From NCBI GenBank assembly GCA_030650195.1, contig JAUSEP010000009.1, forward strand, positions 1-52,400: a stretch of DNA of 52,400 bases, in the 5' to 3' direction. This stretch comes from Candidatus Berkelbacteria bacterium (GTDB lineage: Bacteria; Patescibacteriota; UBA1384; 2-12-FULL-50-11). This document shows, piece by piece, positions 35,448-42,707 of the stretch; positions within the stretch are counted from its first letter, which is position 1; each line of letters opens with the position of its first letter. The notes under the pieces were generated by a model. The model saw only the letters and a list, made by a program, of their open reading frames with translations. It did no database searches and was not told where the DNA came from. Made by a program: the position numbers and the translations under genes.

Positions 35448-36359
35448 CTAAAAATACTGTCGGACCTTGGCAGCGTGTTCAGCGTAAGTTTTGGAGAAAT
35501 ACGTCTGTCCTTTAGCATGGAAAAAATAAAGATAGTCATGTTTAGCCGGTGCGGCAGCCGCTTCCAAACTCTTTAATCCAGGGCTACAGATCGGACCTGG
35601 TGGCCAGCTGTCATTAAGGTAAGTGTTATAAGGTGAGATGACCGACTTATATTCTGCTAAGGTTACTGCCGCCCAGCTACCCTTGGCGTACTGGATAGTT
35701 GGATCTGCTTCGAGTCGAATTCCCTGTTTCACCCGATTGGCATAGACCCCGGCAATCTGGCTACGATCTTCGTCGCCTAGAGATTCCCTCTCAACTATTG
35801 AGGCCAGAATAACCGTCTCTGGAGTTATTCTAAGTTTGGAAGTTCTCTTGTCGAATGTTTCCCTCATTAGCTTAATTAGCTCAGCGCTTGTAATATCGAT
35901 TTTAACTTCGTATGTGTCTGGAAAAAGGTAGCCTTCATCAGGTTCAGCGAGCTTGGTAAATCCAACTAACTGAGTTAACTTTTTATCTTTAACAAAATAA
36001 TCCTCCATCTGGCTAGCTCTCCAACCTTCAATAATTGTAATTTTTGCAACTTTAAACTTTCCACTGGCTAATTGAGTGGCAATATCAGAAGCCGACTGAT
36101 TGGCTGAGAGCTCGTAAGTACCTGGCAAGATCTTGCCATTAATCAGCTTTAGGTAGAGATAAAAAGCAAAACCATTTTTTATAACTCCTTCTTTTTCAAG
36201 ATTTTGTGAAATGTCAGCTGAGCGCTGGTTAAGCGTAACTACAAAATCCAGCTTCTCGGCTGCTTCTTTATTTTTTGGTGCTAATAAAATTATAAAGATA
36301 ATCGCTAGGACAATAATCAGCCCCAGCAAACCTATCGCAATGCGCTTAAGAATTAACAT
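35448..36359 (-). CDS. mltG: Endolytic murein transglycosylase MltG (YceG family)
   Basis: EGYLFPDTYE, ASIVERE and YNTYL...PPGPICSPG motifs, with an N-terminal TM helix. Confidence 0.92.
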   Translation of the reverse strand: MLILKRIAIGLLGLIIVLAIIFIILLAPKNKEAAEKLDFVVTLNQRSADISQNLEKEGVIKNGFAFYLYLKLINGKILPGTYELSANQSASDIATQLASGKFKVAKITIIEGWRASQMEDYFVKDKKLTQLVGFTKLAEPDEGYLFPDTYEVKIDITSAELIKLMRETFDKRTSKLRITPETVILASIVERESLGDEDRSQIAGVYANRVKQGIRLEADPTIQYAKGSWAAVTLAEYKSVISPYNTYLNDSWPPGPICSPGLKSLEAAAAPAKHDYLYFFHAKGQTYFSKTYAEHAAKVRQYF

Positions 36360-36774
36360 TCTCTTCGAGAAATTGTTGCAATATTAACTGAGCCGCTAAT
36401 TGATGCTCGCGCAATTTAGCTTCCTCTATACTCAATCCTTGGCTTTCAAGAATGTCTGAAGCCATAAAGCTAGAAAGCGTTTCGTTAACGTAATGGATAG
36501 TTTTGTCTAATTTATGACCTAACACTTCACTAAATTTTTGAATTTTTTTAGCTTCCGGACTAAGAGTACCGTCTTCGTTAACTGGCAATCCAACCACTAT
36601 TGCATCAGCCTGTTCCTGGACGATTAACCTGGAGATAGAGTCAATTGATAGCTCTGGATTCTCGTAAAAGCTTTTGTCTTTACCAGACCGTAAAGTCGTT
36701 ACTTCACTAGCGAGCAGCTCACCGACTGCTACACCAATAGAGCGAGCACCAATATCTAGTCCTAAGTATCGCAT
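36346..36774 (-). CDS. ruvX: Pre-16S rRNA nuclease / Holliday junction resolvase-like RuvX (YqgF)
   Basis: MRYLGLDIGARSIGVAV N-terminus, 142 aa. Confidence 0.88.
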   Translation of the reverse strand: MRYLGLDIGARSIGVAVGELLASEVTTLRSGKDKSFYENPELSIDSISRLIVQEQADAIVVGLPVNEDGTLSPEAKKIQKFSEVLGHKLDKTIHYVNETLSSFMASDILESQGLSIEEAKLREHQLAAQLILQQFLEENVNS

Positions 36775-36777
36775 TGA

Positions 36778-38526
36778 TTAAAGAGTGGGGGTGGCCTCGT
36801 TGAAGCCGTATTCGATATTAATGGCTTGTGAGAGAATCGGCAAGCGCTTCAACCACCAACCGGGAATAATCTCGATTTTAACTTCTTGGGCCTGGTATTT
36901 ATCCTTGAGAAAACTTTCAGCACTGGAAGCGGATTTATTTTTAACTTGCGAGGCAACAGCAGATTTATCAATATTTGGTGCCGCGAATCCCGAGGCAGTT
37001 ACCTCAACGGTGAGAGTTGTTTTATCATCAGTTAGCTCTTTGAATACGAGGGTCGGTTTTTTATCGCTAGGAATTATCAGCTCTTGGTTGGCTTCGAGTT
37101 TGGTTGTCAGCTCGTCTTTGGCAGCAGTTTCTACTGCCACTTGGTCAAAGGCGATCGTGTAAAGATCAACCGTCATCGATGCTGTGGCCTTATCAACTTG
37201 AGCACCAACTTCTTTATCTACTTTCTGCTCAATAACAGCCGACTTTATAGCTTCGTCTAGAACTGTCTGGGAGCCAGCCTTTCCCTTTAACTCGTTGGTT
37301 GCGTCTTGAACGAGTTGAGTTTTTATATCCAGATAGGCCTTATTAACATCGTCTTGGGACAAAACTGTTATTTGTTTGGTGGTACCGCCAGAAGTTGTGC
37401 CTGTTCCAGAAATCCGGCTCGCTAAGCCCGAAAGGGCAAACGTAGCGCCCGAAAGATTGTAAGTTTCGCCGGCATCACTGGCGCTAATGCTTACAGAAAC
37501 CGTTGTTGAATTACAGACTGTTCCGCCACCGCTGAACTGTCCGGCAGGAATAGTTACCGTTGAAGCAGTAACAAAAACCTTGCCTCCAGAGGTGGCTTTC
37601 GTTCCTGCAGAAAGAGCGTGGCTATTGGTATCTTCGCAATTTTTAACGCTAATATTTCCCGTAGCTTTAGTACCAACATCCTTTTTACCCGTAGAAGTAA
37701 TTTCTTTTGTGCTGGTTTTTTCAACTGTGAGTAGGTTACCACTAATCACACCCTCGCTACTGCTGGTATCTGTTTTTGCTAGAAGAGCGAACGACTCACT
37801 CAGTAGTTTAGCCGGAAATGTTAGTGTCACGGTCGCCTTTGGTAAAAATAGAAATGTAATAACTGCGGCGACTAAAACCATTACGACAGCAGCAATTGCA
37901 GACTTCCAAGGAAAAACGAATTCTCGATGAGACTGGATTCCCCGCGAGACGATAGAAGGTAAACCTACGGGAACCGAAGAAACTGGTTCCTCACGAAGTG
38001 GGGCAGGGCTACTGGCTATCTGCTCATCAGCAACCTCAGGCTTCTTGAGCTCAACCTCGGGCAGTATTTCTTCGCTAGGTTCTGGCTTACCCACTGCTTG
38101 TTCGTCCTGTTCTGGCTCGCTTTCTTCCGCTGAAGGTTCGTCATTTGTAGCCAATTGACCCATTTCTGGTGAGTAACGGTGCACTGGGGTACCATCGGGT
38201 AAGACGTCAGCTCCCACTGGTTCGGTACTTGGCGTAGGTTTAGTCACGGGCGTAGGTGTTGGAGTGTTGCTAACCGTCCCTAAACTGGCGTAGGTTTCTA
38301 GTCCTACTTGTTTTGCCAAGCGAGAGCCAACTTTATTATTAGAAATAATTGCTACTTCTTTACCAAGCTTTTGAGCCTGGCGAGCGAGTAATTTTAAATT
38401 AACTAAACTTTGGAACATGGTGCTGTTTTTTGGCACCACAACTGCAATCTTAGATCCTTCGACTTTAGAGAGTCGGTCAATAATAGAAGTAATCTCTTCG
38501 TCTGGCTCTAAGTAAATCGGTTTCAT
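36778..38526 (-). CDS. Hypothetical bitopic membrane protein (cytoplasmic N-domain, acidic linker, one TM helix, Thr/Ser/Gly-rich extracellular domain)
   Basis: The coding frame is clear, and its start lies 1 nt after the stop of the FtsA-like gene. I recognise no family motif. Confidence 0.6.
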   Translation of the reverse strand: MKPIYLEPDEEITSIIDRLSKVEGSKIAVVVPKNSTMFQSLVNLKLLARQAQKLGKEVAIISNNKVGSRLAKQVGLETYASLGTVSNTPTPTPVTKPTPSTEPVGADVLPDGTPVHRYSPEMGQLATNDEPSAEESEPEQDEQAVGKPEPSEEILPEVELKKPEVADEQIASSPAPLREEPVSSVPVGLPSIVSRGIQSHREFVFPWKSAIAAVVMVLVAAVITFLFLPKATVTLTFPAKLLSESFALLAKTDTSSSEGVISGNLLTVEKTSTKEITSTGKKDVGTKATGNISVKNCEDTNSHALSAGTKATSGGKVFVTASTVTIPAGQFSGGGTVCNSTTVSVSISASDAGETYNLSGATFALSGLASRISGTGTTSGGTTKQITVLSQDDVNKAYLDIKTQLVQDATNELKGKAGSQTVLDEAIKSAVIEQKVDKEVGAQVDKATASMTVDLYTIAFDQVAVETAAKDELTTKLEANQELIIPSDKKPTLVFKELTDDKTTLTVEVTASGFAAPNIDKSAVASQVKNKSASSAESFLKDKYQAQEVKIEIIPGWWLKRLPILSQAINIEYGFNEATPTL

Positions 38527-38527
38527 T

Positions 38528-39784
38528 TTATTGTTTTACTCCAGAAAGGGCTTTTTTCATCAGTGTCTCTAGCATACTCGTTTGACCAATCAAGTCTAAG
38601 GCAACATTTCCTAAGGCCATCGGAGTAACTTGAGAAATATCCTGGAGAGTTTTTGTTTCGTCTACCATATTGGCCACATCATTCGGCTTAATAAATTGAA
38701 CCTCAGGCGCTCGAGCAAATGGCAGATCTTTTGACCACTCCCTATCAGACAAAACTTCTTTAATTTCTGGCAGATTGCTGCCCCCACCACAAAGTAGAAT
38801 TTTTGATGGTAGCAGATCGCCCTCACCAAAATCTTCCAACGATATTTGTAATGCAGATAGCCAAACCTGCGTATCATTTTTAAGGGCGTGTCGAACAAGT
38901 TCAGATTTTTCTTTATCTAGCTTACCGCTGGAGTAGGCAATCTTAGCTTCTTCTGCATTAGCAAAAGTCTCGCCTAATACCGCCGCGACTCTTTTTGTAA
39001 AAGCTCTACCTCCTATAGCAAACATTTTCGTGCCATCAACTCCGCCGTTTCGTACAACGGCAATATCTGTTGTTCCACCACCAATATCTATAAAGGTTGC
39101 GGCAAAGTCTGTAGATTCTTCGTTTAGGCATCGAGCAACTGCGTACGGTTCAGCGGCAATCGCCAGTAATTCTAAGTTTAGCTCCCGAACAACGGTTTCT
39201 AACGCTCCAAATTGGACGATAGGGGCAAAAGCGTTGTAAACCCCGACGGAAAGCTCCTTGCCCTGGTAACTCATTGGATTTGAAACCTTGTAACCATCAA
39301 TAACAACAGAGACGATTGCGGCGTTAACTAATTGAATATCTATTTCTTCTAAGCCAGTTTCTTCAGCTAACTCCTTGCGAGCTTGAGTGAAGGCCTGAGC
39401 TTGAACTTGGTTAACGATATCTTGAAGTTCGGAAACCTGGATTTGAGTTTGGGGTTTTTGACGAGTAACTTTTACCGTTGTCGTCGCCCCCTTTACAAGC
39501 TCTCCAGCTATACCAACGATCGCTTTATCCGGAAGGAATTGAGCTTGGGTTGCAGCTTGTTCAATAGCCTTCTCACAGTTTTGGGCAACGCCATGGATAT
39601 CCGTAATTCCACCACCCTGCATGTCAGATAGCCTCTGTCGAGCTCGGCCAACTCCACGGATATGACCTTCTCCGTCTATAGCCTCAAAAACTAGAGCTTT
39701 CACAAACTCCGTCCCGATGTCTAAGGATATTGCCCAATTGTTCTGTTTTTTGCGCCCCCCAAACAGCCCCATATGTAGTATCAA
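38528..39784 (-). CDS. ftsA: FtsA/PilM-like actin-family ATPase
   Basis: ISLDIGTEFVKALVF and FIDIGGGTTDIAVV are the phosphate-1 and phosphate-2 motifs, followed by LLCGGGSNLP. Confidence 0.75.
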   Translation of the reverse strand: MILHMGLFGGRKKQNNWAISLDIGTEFVKALVFEAIDGEGHIRGVGRARQRLSDMQGGGITDIHGVAQNCEKAIEQAATQAQFLPDKAIVGIAGELVKGATTTVKVTRQKPQTQIQVSELQDIVNQVQAQAFTQARKELAEETGLEEIDIQLVNAAIVSVVIDGYKVSNPMSYQGKELSVGVYNAFAPIVQFGALETVVRELNLELLAIAAEPYAVARCLNEESTDFAATFIDIGGGTTDIAVVRNGGVDGTKMFAIGGRAFTKRVAAVLGETFANAEEAKIAYSSGKLDKEKSELVRHALKNDTQVWLSALQISLEDFGEGDLLPSKILLCGGGSNLPEIKEVLSDREWSKDLPFARAPEVQFIKPNDVANMVDETKTLQDISQVTPMALGNVALDLIGQTSMLETLMKKALSGVKQ

Positions 39785-39838
39785 CGTACCAGATATGCAC
39801 TACCTTCCGCAATCAACAGAATAATGTAAGCTCGAGCT

Positions 39839-41287
39839 ATGAGTGTTGAAAATGGACCAAGTGACAAAGATATAAACTTTAAGGTACCTTTAGCAGACGG
39901 AACTGCACCGTCAGGCGAACCCACCTTGGACCCAGAAAGCGAGAAAGGCGAGGAACGAGTCGAGCGACTGGTCGAGTCCGAGGAGATGGCACTATTACGC
40001 AGCGAGGCGTACATAACAATCAACGCGCTATTAAAAGCTGGTGCAGCTCATGTCAAAGAAGCTGGTCAAACAACGGTACTGCCTCGAGACTCATTTGTTA
40101 AAAAGTACCTTAACTCGTACCTAGAACTCGGCCAGGCCGCCATTGAAAAAGTTGTTCCAGAAGGTCAAGAGCAGGCTCAATTCGACCTTGTGGTTATCAG
40201 TGCTCGTTTCGAGCAAGATTGTGGATTTGAGCCGGAAGCCATCGAGCGTCTTGGTCAGACCGATGCAGCCCTAACCGACGCTGATAGCAAAGAGCTGAGT
40301 AGCCGCTGGGTGGAGTCCAAGACCACCTGGGTCGGGCGCCCACGGCTAGAAACTGAAAAGTTGGCCGAACCCATGGTTGAGTCAGCAGAAATGGTTCAAT
40401 TACGTCAGCTGGCCTCCGACACTATCGAGAGATTGCGTCCAGAGACCGGAGAATTGCAAGCCGGGTTTGCACTGAATCGAGATGAATTTGTCGCTAGCTT
40501 TCTAGACCCATACCTAGAGCTCGGGCAGGGATTGATTAAGCAATCTGTCCCGGAAGAGGGTTGGGAGACGGCCGGGCTCGAGCTAGCAGTAATGGCTGTA
40601 CAGTTTCAAGCTGACTGCGGTTTCAAAAGCAATGGTGATAACTCACTTATCATTCTCACTGACGAGGTTAAGCATACAAAGCCCGAGAAGCTACCGATTT
40701 TTCGAAAGAATCTAGATGTACTAAAAGCTCGGGCGGAAGCAAGTTGGGTCAAGTCAACGATTCAGCCCGAGGTTCAGATTCCTCAAGATCAAATCGAGCG
40801 TTTCCTCCAAGGCGTCGCTATAGAAACCTTTGAAGAGGAAGAAAGCTCTGGGCAATCGATCAATTGCCAGCTGAACGAAGATGTTAGTCTGCCCGACTTT
40901 CGACTCCTTATTCAAAAAGCGATTCTGCCCCAACTAACCTACACCGACACGCTCAGGGTTAGGGGTGATAACCTACCGCCAGAATATCTAGATGCTCTGG
41001 CCGACGAGGTGCTTCGAACTGACTTCCCGATTATCTGTGTCTACGACAAGGCGTCCGGTGAATACCAAGTTACTTATGATGAAACGGGGGAGGATTCCTC
41101 GGAGGACGAACCGACTCCAGCAGAATTAATTGACGCCTGCCGAGAGGTGCTTGATGGAGATTCGTTAGAAGCTCTCAATGAATGTGAAGATTTCGAAGAG
41201 GCGATGGGACTAGTGTTCACCATGCTCATTGAAGCTGGAGTTGAAGATCCCGAACAGTTCCTACGTGAAAAAGGCCTGATTCAATAA
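39839..41287 (+). CDS. Acidic hypothetical protein with an internal tandem duplication of an approximately 130-aa module (P1)
   Basis: aa 45-165 align with aa 180-305: VESxEMxxLR ... RDxFVxxxLxxYLELGQxxIxxxVPE ... FxxDCGF ... SxWVxS. It is GC-richer than its neighbours and lacks a signal peptide or TM segment. Confidence 0.65.
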   Translation: MSVENGPSDKDINFKVPLADGTAPSGEPTLDPESEKGEERVERLVESEEMALLRSEAYITINALLKAGAAHVKEAGQTTVLPRDSFVKKYLNSYLELGQAAIEKVVPEGQEQAQFDLVVISARFEQDCGFEPEAIERLGQTDAALTDADSKELSSRWVESKTTWVGRPRLETEKLAEPMVESAEMVQLRQLASDTIERLRPETGELQAGFALNRDEFVASFLDPYLELGQGLIKQSVPEEGWETAGLELAVMAVQFQADCGFKSNGDNSLIILTDEVKHTKPEKLPIFRKNLDVLKARAEASWVKSTIQPEVQIPQDQIERFLQGVAIETFEEEESSGQSINCQLNEDVSLPDFRLLIQKAILPQLTYTDTLRVRGDNLPPEYLDALADEVLRTDFPIICVYDKASGEYQVTYDETGEDSSEDEPTPAELIDACREVLDGDSLEALNECEDFEEAMGLVFTMLIEAGVEDPEQFLREKGLIQ

Positions 41288-41289
41288 CC

Positions 41290-41313
41290 CCCTGTGCGGA
41301 GGCCTCTTCTTTA
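41290..41313. repeat. Copy A: half-copy of the alaS 3'-end hairpin repeat (3' arm plus T-rich tail only)
   Basis: CCCTGTGCGGAGGCCTCTTCTTTA is identical over 24 nt to 42735-42758. It begins 2 nt after the P1 stop. Confidence 0.85.
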
Positions 41314-41380
41314 CCCCCTAACCCTGGACAAGCAACGCCAATAGCGATAAAGTTTCTGCATAGTTCGTACGGAGGACAAT

Positions 41381-41941
41381 TTGAGAACTTTTCAAATGCA
41401 AGCACTCGAGAAACTGTCAGAGATTCTCGAACCAGAGTCCCTAAGCACTCTTCTCTCTGTCGCCAGCGGTTTTACTGCGGCTAACATAGGAAGTGTTAAT
41501 GACTTACTCGCTGATCCAGACGGTTTCACCACCTGGATCGAACAGGAGCGGAAACAGGACAAAGAAGAGCCGGAATCAGTCGACGCAAGCCTGTCGTTTC
41601 AGAGATTTGTTCAAGAGGGAGTTCGCCTCTTTCTGGAATCCACGCCGTCAACTGTTTGCGGGACGGGGATGGAAATGTTGGGCAGCTTCGACGGAACAGG
41701 CTTTCGCAAGCACTGCCTTAGCTGTAAGAAGTGTGCTGACGCCCTCATCTATCTCCACTGGATGGCACTCCAGAAACATCTGGTCGATTGTTTGTGGTTG
41801 GCTAGTCAGAAAAATAAGGGGAAACTAGGGCGGTTGCTGGGCATCCCGGAAACGGAGCTCACCAAGGATTTTGTTGAAAGCTACCCGGAAGATGAGAAAG
41901 TATTCAGCCATCTAATCCGGCTGAAGCAACGCAAACCCTAA
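41381..41941 (+). CDS. Hypothetical Cys-rich protein, paralogue of 42120-42707 (P2); C-x17-H-x3-C-x2-C motif
   Basis: TTG start preceded by GGAGG plus 5 nt. C93...H111-C-L-S-C115-K-K-C118. It aligns with P3 (LExESLxxL, TPxxxCxxG, FxxHCxxCxxC). Confidence 0.65.
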   Translation: MRTFQMQALEKLSEILEPESLSTLLSVASGFTAANIGSVNDLLADPDGFTTWIEQERKQDKEEPESVDASLSFQRFVQEGVRLFLESTPSTVCGTGMEMLGSFDGTGFRKHCLSCKKCADALIYLHWMALQKHLVDCLWLASQKNKGKLGRLLGIPETELTKDFVESYPEDEKVFSHLIRLKQRKP

Positions 41942-41954
41942 CTTTGTCACTCTC

Positions 41955-41999
41955 GCCTTGAGCCTTCGCACCCTGTGCGGAGGCTTCTTCTTTAAGAAT
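41955..41999. repeat. Copy B: relic of the alaS 3' end (hairpin repeat), frameshifted
   Basis: GCCTTGAGCCTTCGCACCCTGTGCGGAGGCTTCTTCTTTAAGAAT differs from 42717-42763 by one substitution and a 2-nt gap. Its reverse strand reads ILKEEASAQG / VRRLKARVTK. Confidence 0.85.
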
Positions 42000-42119
42000 T
42001 TGAAGCGACCTAGTTGGCCGGTTTTTCTATATTTGGACTAAATGAAACGGCATAGAACCATTCACTTCTCTTGGAAAACGAAGTACTATGCCCATATCTT
42101 TGAACGTTAGGAGATCAGG

Positions 42120-42707
42120 ATGCAACAAGCGATAACCATGCGCCGACTAGGAAGGGTCCTAGAGGCTGAAAGTTTGGCAAAATTGACCGAGTATCTACCC
42201 GATCTATTCAGGATCGACTCAGACCTCTTCTCGGCAATCAGCGAAAGTCTAGATCGGGCTCGGGAAGAAGGGAAATGGTTTTTGGGTGAGTGCTTCGGAA
42301 GACTAGCACCAGAAAACAGCGAGACTCGCAAACTAGCTCATGCAGACATTGAGAAGCTGGCACCGGTGGACGATCATGAATTCAAAAAGGCCCTCGCTTC
42401 CTTAACGGAGTTCTTCAACTACACACCGGTTCAGCCTTGCCAAGACGGCTTGATCTTGTTGGCGCAACTCAACCAGCAAGCTTTCGAGTCTCATTGCGAG
42501 AACTGTCCAAACTGCGTTGTAGCAGGCCGTTACGCCGACTGCTACCTGTTTTGGCACCACCTCAATTCGTTGGTGGAAGAGATACTGCGATCAGAGCCAG
42601 ATGCTATGCGAGAAGGTCAGCCAGACAGCGAGCGTCTGGTGAGAACAATCTTCTCAGAACCCGTGACCGGCCTTTCGAAGCTACGCTTGAAAGCTACCGA
42701 GACCTAA
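42120..42707 (+). CDS. Hypothetical Cys-rich protein, paralogue of 41381-41941 (P3); C-x17-H-x3-C-x2-C motif
   Basis: AGGAG plus 6 nt precede the ATG. C107...H125-C-E-N-C129-P-N-C132. Its stop TAA (42705-07) overlaps the alaS stop (42704-06). Confidence 0.65.
   Translation: MQQAITMRRLGRVLEAESLAKLTEYLPDLFRIDSDLFSAISESLDRAREEGKWFLGECFGRLAPENSETRKLAHADIEKLAPVDDHEFKKALASLTEFFNYTPVQPCQDGLILLAQLNQQAFESHCENCPNCVVAGRYADCYLFWHHLNSLVEEILRSEPDAMREGQPDSERLVRTIFSEPVTGLSKLRLKATET

Noticed and set aside
36785-37930. Antisense ORFs opposite the 582-aa membrane protein gene (36785-37162, 37487-37930, 37554-37742)
   Set aside because: They are shadow frames of a Thr/Ser/Gly/Ala-rich coding region and have no independent support.
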